Source of the DNA: Octopus vulgaris | Lineage: Eukaryota | DNA length: 64,000 nt | Assembly (NCBI GenBank): GCA_951406725.2 | Contig: OX597816.1 | Coordinates: forward strand, 116,560,001 to 116,624,000 | Direction: 5' to 3' | In this document: positions 1 through 10,199 of the stretch, piece by piece | Layout: the number at the start of each line of letters is the position of its first letter | Position numbering within the stretch: position 1 is the first letter of the stretch | Made by a program: the position numbers and the translations under genes | The notes under the pieces: generated by a model | The model's database searches: none | Told to the model about the DNA's origin: nothing | What the model saw: the letters and a program-made list of their open reading frames with translations, nothing else

Positions 1-47
1 CAAAAGAGGTTTCATCATTCTACAATAGAAGAGTATATATGTATATA

Positions 48-174
48 CATGGTGATTCAAAAGTCACCATATATAGGAAAAATTTAATTCTTATAAGAAA
101 CGGTTAAATAAAGAAACTGTTTCTTATAAAAAAAATATATTGTTCATATGTATGGTGACTTTTGAATCACCCTG
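48..174. mobile_element. Tc1/mariner-type MITE (~127 bp, nearly palindromic)
   Basis: TIRs CATGGTGATTCAAAAGTCACCATA (from 48) and TATGGTGACTTTTGAATCACCCTG (ending 174), TA on both sides; inner inverted repeat TTATAAGAAACGGTT/AACTGTTTCTTATAA. Confidence 0.85.
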
Positions 175-489
175 TAGAATCTCATTCATATGAAAAACAG
201 TATTTAGTGTTCAAATATTTCTATTTTTCCAATGTTTTTTTTATCATTTAAACATCATTTAAAACATTATTTGATATTAATGGCCATCATTGGCTGAAAG
301 TATTCTTCCTCCAACACCTGATTTAACGCAACTACCTGGTCTTTAGTTGCCTGTGCTAGAGTTCACTCTGTTACTAACATTCAGACCAGGTTTCCATATT
401 GAGGGTATCTTCCTTCCAGCAACTTTAGAGGCCCTAACAAAAGAGTGTGATGAGCACTGCCTTTCTTGCCATGATTTAGCTGTATAGTA

Positions 490-638
490 AGGCGGCGAGC
501 TGGCAGAAACGTTAGCACGCCAGTTGAAATGCTTAGCGGTATTTTGTCTGTCTTTACAATCTGAGTTCAAATTTCACTGAGGTCGACTTTGCCTTTCATC
601 CTTTTGGGGTCGATAAATTAAGTACAAGTTGCATACTG
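490..638 (+). mobile_element. tRNA-derived SINE family A (central motif GCCTTTCATCCTTTYGGGGTCGATAAA, Meta-domain-like), 3' truncated
   Basis: Head GGCGGCGAGCTGGCAGAA, B-box-like GAGTTCAAAT; recurs many times (20090, 20322, 41645, 43690, 44550, 44832, 54790 etc.). Confidence 0.8.
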
Positions 639-649
639 AAACCAGGAAA

Positions 650-1086
650 CCAGCCCTTATGAACCAACATGACTCAAGAAGGTAACTTTGTTTTGTTGTG
701 TCACAGCTGCACGCACATCTGCCATGTTTTTCTGAGTTAATCTGGTTGCGGGTCTCCCAGAACGTTCGTCAATATCGACATTTTTCAGCCATCTTGGAAA
801 CGTCTGAACCACTCGTACACTTGTGTGCGGCTCATACACTCCACTCCATACACTTTCTGCAACTTTGCGCAGGCCTTTGAGCAGGTATCACCATGACAAT
901 TTTTTATCATGGTCAATGCGACGATCACACGCTACACACCTTCCTTCTAAACACTGCTGTAAATAGCGGAAGTGAGCTGGGACGTTAAAACTTAGAGTGT
1001 CTGCACAGCAGAGTTCAAGGCTTTATTCTGCGTGCTTTAACCTCCTTACTATGGCAACAGTCCGGATACTTATTGATCAGACCTCG
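650..1086 (-). mobile_element. Mariner 5' fragment (TIR plus N-terminal HTH remnant)
   Basis: Minus strand begins TA|CGAGGTCTGATCAATAAGTATCCGGAC (mariner TIR); frameshifted MSRTQVYEWFRRFQDG..DIDERSGRP. Confidence 0.8.
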
Positions 1087-1097
1087 TATATATGTAT

Positions 1098-2262
1098 ATC
1101 AGGTTATTAAGAATGAAATGTTCGTTTTTTTTATGCACCAAGTTTGACAATCATTACTTCTTATGTTTTATCCTGACAACTCTTTGTTTAACAACATTGA
1201 AGAGTTACATCATCACTTTTCGAAATGCAATTCATGGTGTCTGATTATATTGTGAGTTTTCTCTTGTAAATTAATTTTTGTGAACCCATGGATAGATAAA
1301 AAATCCGTGTTGTTTATGAATATAGGTTACGTCATGGAACTAATACATCCGAAACAGGTCGAAACATCAATGAGGTGTTTGGCGAATGAGCGCACTGTAC
1401 GATGATGGTTTGAGAAGTTCCAGTCTGGTAACTTTACTCATGAAAAGCAGCCCCGTGATAGACCTGAGACTAAGGTGGATAATGATGAGCTGGAAACTGT
1501 AGTGGAAGCGGATACATCTCAAACTACGCGTGAGTTAGCAGCAAGGTTTGATGTTTCGATTCCAACTGTATTGAAACAAATCAGAATATAAAGAAGCTGG
1601 ACAAGTGGGTACCACACGAACTGAACGAGCATCAAATGAAACGTCGTCTTTAAACTTGCTGTTCTTTGCTGTCACGGCATAAAAGCTAACCATTTTTGCA
1701 TCGTATTGTTATGTGTGTTGAAAAATGGATTCTTTTCAATAATAGCAAGCGTTCTGCATGATGGTTGGTTAGAAACGAAGTGCCAAAACACAATCCAAAA
1801 AGGAATATTCACCAAAAAAAGCTAATGATGTCTGTTTGGTGGTCCAGTGCTGGTGTCATCCACTATAGCTTCATGAGACCTGGTAAGTCAATTACAGCGG
1901 ATGTATACATCAACCAAATGGATGAAATGATGAGTGAACTTGCAATTGAACAACCGAGATTGGTCAATACAGACAGGCCAATTCTCTTGCATAAACGACG
2001 CTACTCAAGTTCCAGGAACTGAACTTGGAAGTACTCTGTCATCTACCATATTCACCAGACCTTGCAGCAACTGACTATCACGTTCTACAGGCATTAGACA
2101 ACTTTTTTGCAAGGAAAAAACTTCAAATCTGAAGAAGATGCAAAAACAGCCTTTCCTGATTTCATCACCTCTTGCTCTCCAGAATTCTTTGCTGCCAGCA
2201 TAAATAAGCAACCGATAAAATAACAAAATTGTGTTGATAATTTAGGTGCATACTTTGATTAA
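1098..2262 (+). mobile_element. Decayed mariner (Hsmar1/SETMAR-like) transposase pseudogene; 3' TIR lost
   Basis: Remnant ~1288-2261 with stops and frameshifts: WFEKFQSGN, KWVPHEL, EKWILFNN, KKLMMSVWWSSAGVIHY, HLPYSPDLAATDYH, GAYFD*. Confidence 0.93.
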
Positions 2263-2294
2263 CTGCATATATTATATATATATGCACGTATATA

Positions 2295-2325
<31 letters not shown>

Positions 2326-2336
2326 ATATATATTTA

Positions 2337-2523
2337 TATGTATTGGAGCAATCTCGAGTATAACCAGCTGAAATTGCAAAGATAATCTGGAACTCGACTG
2401 AGGAAAGAAAATTCCGAATGACCCGTCCTTCTTTTCTTTGTATCGTCTATCTGGATGTTTTGTTGTCCCTTTCTTGTATCACCTAAGTGTCTGGATGTTT
2501 TGCGTTCTTGTCCCATTTTGTAT

Positions 2524-2525
<2 letters not shown>
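2337..2525. repeat. (TA)n-flanked repeat module, probably Penelope-like-element derived
   Basis: Bounded by (TA)n; its end GTTTTGCGTTCTTGTCCCA recurs in reverse complement at ~12965-13030 (GGGACAAGAACGTAAAAC), also next to (TA)n. Confidence 0.5.
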
Positions 2526-2594
<69 letters not shown>

Positions 2595-2598
<4 letters not shown>

Positions 2599-3328
2599 GT
2601 AAAATTGATTAATTAATCAATTTTACCTTTTGGATTGTGTTTTGGCAACTAGTTGCTAAACCCTTAATTATTGTTATAATTATATATAAAACTTCTTGTA
2701 TAAGTTTTTACCTAATATGGTTCCTTTCTATACCGAAAGTACTTGGTGAAATTTATTAATTATAAATTAATAATTTTTTACCTTATATCTATAATAATTA
2801 TTTTACTCCCTGATAACAAGAAAAGCTACGGATCTATTTTCTGCAGTACTGTCTCGTGACCCACATGGCGTAGAAATTGGTGGCAAATATGAATTTCACT
2901 CGTCTATATAAATTTGGATATGCTAACTACCTTGTGTGATGTTCTGATGTATGCAAAGGGTAAGTTTTCTAGCATTTTTTAAATTTATAACTATCGGAAT
3001 ATTATGTTGATAAGGAAATGGAGTTTTATAACACTAATCTAGAAACGCGTCCATAATTGACCGAAGACTGTTTGATTTCACTATTTTCCTTCTTTTTTGC
3101 CTGTGTGAGTTACAGAGAGGGTTATCTGTGGAGTCATATTTTGTAGCGAAAAGAAATAACGGTCTTTTGGCTGCTATTTCTAAATTTTTCGGTATGTGGT
3201 TAAGCAACTCGTTGCTAAGCCCTTAACTATTGTTATAATTATATATAAAACTTCTTGTATAAATTTTTACCGGAACTACTTGGTGAAATTTATTAATTAT
3301 AAATTAATATTTTTTTATAATATATCTA

Positions 3329-3330
<2 letters not shown>
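2595..3330 (+). mobile_element. Penelope-like pseudo-LTR module: 5' palindrome plus partial tandem repeat
   Basis: Perfect 30-bp palindrome 2598-2627; ~130-145-bp direct repeat ~2646-2790 vs ~3203-3330; hammerhead motif at 3001-3057; (TA)n on both sides. Confidence 0.65.
3001..3057 (+). ncRNA. Minimal type-I hammerhead ribozyme, U3-A8 core variant
   Basis: ATTATG-TTGATAA-(imperfect stem II)-GAAA-CGCG-TC^CATAAT; stem I ATTATG/CATAAT; palindromic stem III ACGCGT. Confidence 0.65.
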
Positions 3331-3364
<34 letters not shown>

Positions 3365-3369
<5 letters not shown>

Positions 3370-3705
3370 TGCAGCGTGAAGGTGTTTGTAAACCATTTAA
3401 GAAACACACAAAAGCCGTTCGATTTATTTCAACATTTAAGTTTAATTTGTCAAAATATTTTCGTCGCTAAAATCCGCGACCTGTTCACTGACAAAAATCC
3501 GTGATGCAGCACGGATTTTTGTCAGTGAACAGGACGCGGATTTTAGCGACGAAAATATTTTGACAAATTAAACTTAAATGTTGAAGTGAATCGAACGGCT
3601 TTTGTGTGCTTCTTAAACGGCTTACAAACACCTTCCACGCTGCAATTGTTTTCGTTCCAGCACACGATCTCAGATCAAATCACTTGCTATGCGAGTACAT
3701 CTCCG

Positions 3706-3707
<2 letters not shown>
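3365..3707. repeat. Fold-back module: ~140-bp inverted arms (3365-3503/3510-3649), 6-nt spacer, right arm extended to 3707
   Basis: Arms are near-perfect reverse complements around TCCGTG-ATGCAG-CACGGA; (TA)n on both sides. Confidence 0.92.
3518..3567 (+). ncRNA. Hammerhead-like motif, G3-C8 core variant (mirror copy 3446-3495 on minus)
   Basis: TTTGTCA-GTGAACA-GG(A/T)CGC GGATTTTA GCGAC-GAAA-ATATTT^TGACAAA; 7-bp stem I; palindromic AAAATATTTT stem III. Confidence 0.6.
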
Positions 3708-3747
<40 letters not shown>

Positions 3748-3959
3748 CAATAATAATTCTCTAAATGTGATATAGACAGTAACTGCTCCATAACATAAGG
3801 GACTAAAGCCATCTGAATATGGCTAGGGACAGGGCAGGGTGGTGGGGGTGTTACTGTTGCATTTAGCCCCAGGCGAACATCGACGTCGCCAGATAGGCTT
3901 GACACCATCACGGTGTCCTTTATCCTGCAAAGGGAGATAATTCCCCGATGAAGCGGAAA

Positions 3960-4009
3960 CCACACACGGACCTAGGTTTCAAGGTGTATTGCCTATCATC
4001 AACGTGTGG
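3960..4009 (-). ncRNA. Minimal type-I hammerhead ribozyme (U3-G8), minus copy
   Basis: Reverse complement of 4511-4560. Confidence 0.75.
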
Positions 4010-4510
4010 TAGGCCCCCGCTTCCTCGACGAAATCTCACTCTGCAGGATATTTATATATAGATTTTCAAGCAAAATACATTTGCTGATTTCGAAAATCTG
4101 TTCGACAGCAATAATAATTCTCTAAATGAGATATAGACAGTAACTCCTCCATAACATAAGGGACTAAAGCCATCTGAATATGGCTAGGGACAGGGCAGGA
4201 TGGTGGGGGTGTTACTGTTGCATTTAGCCCCAGGCGAACATCGACGTCGCCAGATAGGCTTGACACCATCACAGTGTCCTTTATCCTGCAAAGGGAGATA
4301 ATTCCCCGATGAAGCGGAAACCACACACGGACCTAGGTTTCAAGGTGTATTGCCTATCCCTTATGTTATGGAGCAGTTACTGTCTATATCTCATTTAGAG
4401 AATTATTATTGCTGTCGAACAGATTTTCGAAATCAGCAAATGTATTTTGCTTGAAAATCTATATATAAATATCCTGCAGAGTGAGATTTCGTCGAGGAAG
4501 CGGGGGCCTA

Positions 4511-4560
4511 CCACACGTTGATGATAGGCAATACACCTTGAAACCTAGGTCCGTGTGTGG
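4511..4560 (+). ncRNA. Minimal type-I hammerhead ribozyme (U3-G8), predicted cleavage after 4551
   Basis: CACACG-TTGATGA-TAGG CAATACA CCTT-GAAA-C CTAG G-TC^CGTGTG; stem I CACACG/CGTGTG; palindromic ACCTAGGT stem III. Confidence 0.75.
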
Positions 4561-4722
4561 TTTCCGCTTCATCGGGGAATTATCTCCCTTTGCAGGATAA
4601 AGGACACCGTGATGGTGTCAAGCCTATCTGGCGACGTCGATGTTCGCCTGGGGCTAAATGCAACAGTAACACCCCCACCACCCTGCCCTGTCCCTAGCCA
4701 TATTCAGATGGCTTTAGTCCCT

Positions 4723-4782
<60 letters not shown>

Positions 4783-4783
4783 T

Positions 4784-5129
4784 GAGTGGCTGTGAGGTAA
4801 GAAGCTTTCTTCCCAACCACATAGTTCCGGGTTCACTCCCACTGCGTGGAACCTTTGGCAAGTGTCATTTGATAGACGGAAACTGAAAGAAGCCCATCGT
4901 GTATATGTGTGTGTGTGTATTTGTGCGTGTGTCTGTGTTTGTCCCCCAACCATCGCATAACAACCGATGTTGGTGTGTTTACTTCCCCATAACTTAACGG
5001 TTCGGCAAAAGAGAGTGATGAAAAAGTACTAGTCTTACAAAGAATAAGTCCTGGGGTCGATTTATTCGACTAAAGGCGGTGTCCCAGCATGGCCACAGTC
5101 TAATGATTGAAACAAGTAAAAGAATAAAA

Positions 5130-5134
<5 letters not shown>
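4784..5134 (+). mobile_element. tRNA/CORE-type SINE family B
   Basis: A-box TGGCTGTGAGGTAAG, B-box GGTTCACTCCC, CCTTTGGCAAGTGTC core, internal (TG)n, tail CAGCATGGCCACAGTC..GAAACAAGTAAAAG; more copies at 18530, 34806(-), 40884(-), 46533, 48713, 62818. Confidence 0.85.
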
Positions 5135-5180
<46 letters not shown>

Positions 5181-5679
5181 CATACATATGTATAAGCATA
5201 CATGCAATGGATTTACACATAGTTTCTGTTAATAATCCTCCTTCATACAGAATTGGTCAATTTGAGACTATAGTAGAAGACATCCTTAAGCTCAAAGTAC
5301 TGTACGGAAGGCTTGATTCCATGGCAACATAGTGAGGAATTGAACTTCTTAAACACACAGTAATGTGTAAGACTGTGAATGGATGTTGACATTTCTTAGA
5401 ACTGTTGCTTTAAATTATACAGACTTTTGACCATTGTAGTTTTGTAATACAAAGACATAAGCTACATTTGTAACAACGGGAAAAGCAGAGCTAAGAGATA
5501 GTCTTCTTGTGGACCAGAAGTCAGAGTAGTGACCTACACCGACAGATTATTGCTACACATGTAACTAAAGATTTTAACGCCATTTTTGTTGCTTCCAATA
5601 TCGTTATAGAGAGCTGCAGTTATTGGGTTTCCTATTTTCTTGAAAATAGTTAATGTCTTTTGTAATATGGTTCACTGAA

Positions 5680-5984
5680 GAAGAGCATTGTACAGTAATT
5701 ATTTGCAGCGAAATTGTTGTGTGTTGTAGTGTAGTTACAGAATAGCTGCAGGTTGCAGTGTAATATATAGTATAGCTCTGTAATTTGTAGAACAGTTGCA
5801 ACATACTGTAGTTCCAGTGCAGTATGGAATGAAGCATTTGGTGCCTTTGTGTAGTGTAATAAATTGTGCAATGTATTGCAATATATAGCATAATTGTTTT
5901 TATATGATGTAATGCTGTGTACTGTATTGTAATATAGCATAGTACCACATAGTGTGATACTTCGTCGTCGTCGTCGTCGTCGTC

Positions 5985-6023
<39 letters not shown>

Positions 6024-6045
6024 ATAGTAGTAGTAGTAGTAGTTG
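5680..6045. repeat. Degenerate (TGTAR)-like simple repeat followed by (TCG)n(TAG)n
   Basis: Direct reading. Confidence 0.7.
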
Positions 6046-6369
6046 CCAATCAGCATCTTGCCCCTAACTTTGCACATCTATATCTAAGATGAAAGTTGTT
6101 CCAGATATAAACATCCCTTTTTTTACACTCATACGTTAGTTTAGCTCAGACGACTTTATCCAATGTGTCCCTCTTCTTGAGATGATACAGCATGATTTTT
6201 AGGAATATTTTGCTGCTACTTCTAGCAAGTAAAATAACTACGTAAAATGCCTTCATTGGTTTGTATATGCTGCATAAGAAAGTATATCAATAGTGCAGTG
6301 TAATGAAGTACTATAATAGTGCTGTTTGGCATTCCTTGTAATGCACTTAGGGTTTTTGATTTATGTTTA

Positions 6370-7190
6370 TCCTGTCCGTCCATCTTAATGATAACCATGG
6401 CATTAATCAGGATTGTGAAGCCCCAGTGTGCGTGTTAGGGAGTGGTTAATAAATCTAATATAGGCTTGAAATGTTCTGTAGTACATTGAACTGATGTGGT
6501 TGGGTCTTTCTGTAAATGCACTAGCAGCTCTAAACTTCCATGGCTTCCTCTTCTGATTAGTCTGTTTGATTCCAGCTTGTTCAGATGCTACGACACCTTT
6601 CTTGATGCAGCTGTAGCAGGTAGTTCTCTCGATAGCGTGATGCTCTGGATTAAATAAGGTTTTAAGAGTGTCCTTGTAGCATATGTTCTGGCCATCAACC
6701 AAACGTCTACCCCAAACTAAACTTTCTGCTAAAAAACGTTGTTTAGAAGTTGAGACGCTTCCTCAAACAGTCTTGAGAAAAATATCGAAGGCAACGCTGG
6801 CTTCGACATTGAGCAGTTGACTTCGATATTGATTTAGAGGATTCTTTAATACATGTTTAACGTATGTGAAGCTGCCAAGTGCCTGTAGAATTGTGGACTT
6901 AACCGTGATTGAGGTGTTACATAGTCCCTGTGAAGAAGGACCAGATGTTATGAGACCTCAGCTTTATTTGTGTTGATCTAGAAGTTAAATATATAATGGC
7001 CAGCAAGGCACTTCATTTCGCATTGCATCAATCTACTGAACTTCAACGAGTTCCAGCTGAAAGCTGGTGCAGCTCTAACCCCCACCCTAACCCTAAACGA
7101 AAAAAATGCCTCCTTGAATTTTCAGAATGTTCTTCTCCTGATACCCAGAGCAGTTCTTTTCCACTATAGCGCAGTTACTCTCGAAGACTT
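6370..7190 (-). mobile_element. RTE (BovB-like) LINE 3' fragment, decayed and internally deleted
   Basis: Remnants GQNICYKDTLK..IKKGV..KRK..RTFQAYIRFINH (RTE C-terminus) and EASVAF. Confidence 0.7.
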
Positions 7191-7616
7191 TGTTTGTACG
7201 TTCTGTTCTTAGTTCATACCTTTCAAGAAGGAACCAATACACCAACCTTACCATTTCTCTATCACATAACCATTACTCTTGTTAATGATGTTGTAAATAT
7301 TATTGTTATTGTTGTGCAGACCAATGGTCAAAAGCATTCCAAACATAAACATACCTTTATGTATATGTATATATATATATATATATAAATATATATACAC
7401 TCTCTACAGAGTGGCCGAAACTTTCTAACTTCCTACAGCTTGATCCTTAGATATTACCATTACATATTATATATATATATGTGTGTTCGTGTGTGTATGG
7501 CGTTGTATAGAGTGTTTGAAGTGTACAGATATTGAGAAAAAGAAGGCAGTCAGAATATTGGATAATTTTATATATATAGATAGATAGATAGATATATCAT
7601 TTTTATATATCCGATA

Positions 7617-7750
7617 GTCGTCCCTTGCCGTGGTGGAAGAGCTTGTGTCTTCCAATGATTCCGAGAGTGATGCCGTCTGGAGTCTTAGACTCCTTGTAGG
7701 GCCACTCATGGCAGCAAGGTCGAGGATGAGGCCCCACTAAACACGACCAA
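7617..7750 (+). mobile_element. RTE/Expander-like LINE 5'-end motif, isolated
   Basis: CTTGCCGTGGTGGAAGAGCTTG..CAATGA..ATGCCGTCTGG..GTAGGGCCACTCATGGCAGCAAGGTC resembles recalled RTE 5' ends. Confidence 0.55.
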
Positions 7751-7775
7751 ACACCAAAATCAAGGAGGAAGAGGG

Positions 7776-7970
7776 AGCGAGGGAGAGGAGGAGGGGGAAG
7801 GAGATGAGGAGGAGGAGGAGGAGGAGGGAGAGGATGGAGAGGAGGAGAAGGGAGAGGATGGAGAGGAGGAGAAGGGAGAGGATGGAGAGGAGGAGAAGGG
7901 AGAGGATGGAGAGGAGGAGAAGGGAGAGGATGGAGAGGAGGAGGAAGAGGGAGAGGAGGAGGATGGAGTA
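7776..7970. repeat. 24-bp polypurine minisatellite (GGAGAGGAGGAGAAGGGAGAGGAT)n
   Basis: About 5-6 near-identical units. Confidence 0.9.
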
Positions 7971-8385
7971 GGAAGCTGTTAGCTTGTTAATGATGAGGAT
8001 GATGATGATAAAGGAGATGATGATGATGGTTGTAGTGGTGGTGATGGTGGTGGTAACGACGACGATGATGACTGTTGCTGTGCATGATTGATGTTCGTTC
8101 CCATCATGTTTCACATTGCCCAAATCCCTTTCGGCAAATCAAGAGCCATTTTGTGATTACAGCACAATTTGTAATTATTGCAATTAGCGAGCAAACTGTT
8201 AAAATGGCAACCCCGTAAATTGTCATTGTGCAAAAGTATTATCAGTAGTAGCACATGCAGTGGTTTGTATCATATTTTAGATATATAGAAATAGTAAGAG
8301 AGAGAGAGAGAGAGAGAGGGTGAGGGATAGGTTATACCAGAGTGAGAGCGAGAGAGGAAGACATAGTGTCTGATGAATGTATAAG

Positions 8386-8439
<54 letters not shown>

Positions 8440-8479
8440 CACACACATGTATGTATCTGTATATGTCTTTGCAGTTGTG

Positions 8480-8790
8480 CGTATTATGTGTATATGTATG
8501 TATGTTATGTATGTATGTATGTATGTATGCATGCATGTATGTATGTATATATGTATGCATGTATTTATGTATGTGAGTGTATGTACGTAAGTTAATATAT
8601 GTATGTGTGTATGTATGCATGTATGTATGTGAGTATTATGTGAGTTTATGTGTGTATGTATGTATGTATGTATGTATGTATGCATGCATGTATGTATGTA
8701 TGCATGTATTTATGTATGTGAGTGTATGTACGTAAGTTAATATATGTATGTGTGTATGTATGCATGTATGTATGTGAGTATTATGTATGT
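8480..8790. repeat. ~145-bp tandem duplication within a (TGTA)n field
   Basis: GTGAGTGTATGTACGTAAGTTAATATATG at ~8573 and ~8718. Confidence 0.8.
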
Positions 8791-9128
8791 ATGTATGTAT
8801 GTATGTATGTATGCATGTGAGTCTATGTATGTGTGTATGTATGTATGTAAGTGCGTGGATTTGTGCGTATGTGTGAATGTGCATGCGTGTAGAAAAAGAG
8901 AGGAATGGAATGGAAGAAAAAGAGGAAATAAAAAGAAAAAGGGTGAGGATGAAGAAGAAAAGGAATATGTGTAAGAAAAAAGATGGCGAAACAAGGTAGG
9001 AGGTAAAAATGTGGGGTGGGGTATAGAAGAAAAGTGAGTGATTTGGAGTGAGGGAGATAAAGAAAGGAATAGACGATATGAAAGAGGTGAATGAATAGAG
9101 TTAACATATCGTGTGTGCGTGTGAGTGT

Positions 9129-9168
<40 letters not shown>

Positions 9169-10199
9169 TAAAGAGATAATAGGTGAATGTTGATGAGAAA
9201 ATGGAGAGTGAAGTGATGGCGATGATGAGAGAAAGACATAATGAAGGATAAAATTTTTTTTTTATATAAATCGTAGAGAAAGACAGACAATAAAAAATGA
9301 GTGTAAACGTGGCAGAGGAAGAGAGGGAGAGAAAGGAGGAGAGAAATAGAGAGATGGGGGAGAGAGGAAAGGGTTTAAAAGATGGAGCAGAAACCAGATT
9401 TAAGGAGTTCAATGGCCAGAGGCACATATTGCATATATTGTACATACTGATGAATGGCAGAACGTGGGTGGGTGACGACAGAGGAATCAGGTTATATGCT
9501 AGCCCACCCTACCCTCAAGGTCTAGTTTGTCATTGTCATCAACGCCCTCTTCTTTCTCCCTCCTTCCTCTCTCACTCTCTCTTTCACACACACTTTCTCT
9601 CTCCTTTCCCTTCATCCCATGAATTAGTGGTGTGCACATTCAGCAGCTGGGACAACATATGTATATGTGACAAAGGATACAAACACTCACACACACAACC
9701 TCACATGCATACACACTCACGCACAAACACATACTTAAATACACGCGCATATAAATGCACAAACCAAAGCATACACCACAAATATATACACACTCACATA
9801 CACATACACACATACACATAAACACAGTAACGCAACGGTTTAGCATGGCATTGGCGTATCGCAGAGAAAGAACCAAACTTTGTCGTATTTCCTAATCAGA
9901 ATGGGATTCTTTGCTCCACCACAATCAATCAGTTACGGCAAGTTCACACAGTTAAATATGTGAATTAAGTAAGATAATATGGTCGGCTGATCCCATCACT
10001 GAACCTTCCTACTGTTTAGACTTTGGCTGCGGCCTTTAACAAAAACTCTTGAAAACACTCATTCGGCATATATACTACTTCGTACCTTGCAAAACGTTTT
10101 TGTGTTTTTTATGATATGCGTACGTGTGTATGAATGTTAGAGCGTGATTGAGAGCGTGCACACACACATACATGCATAAACACACAATGCACATGCAAA

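Larger units (their letters stand above)
3746..4727. mobile_element. Retrozyme/Penelope-type 361-bp unit: 1.7 tandem copies on minus (3746-4358) plus one inverted permuted monomer on plus (4357-4727)
   Basis: 361-bp offset between copies (3746/4107; 4357/4718); about 4 substitutions between the tandem copies; hammerhead motif in each unit (one truncated); (TA)n on both sides. Confidence 0.85.

Noticed and set aside
490-570. tRNA genes at SINE heads
   Set aside because: A/B boxes are present but there is no full cloverleaf, and each continues into a SINE body
2396-2430. CTGAGGA..CCGAAT as a hammerhead
   Set aside because: GAAA and stems I and III are missing
3687-4785. Three near-identical ORFs MWFPLHRGIISLCRIK.. 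as a small gene family
   Set aside because: GTG starts, different C-termini (two run into (TA)n), no recognisable domain; they are by-products of the 361-bp structured repeat
7074-7097. CCCTAA telomere-like repeats
   Set aside because: Only 2-3 imperfect units
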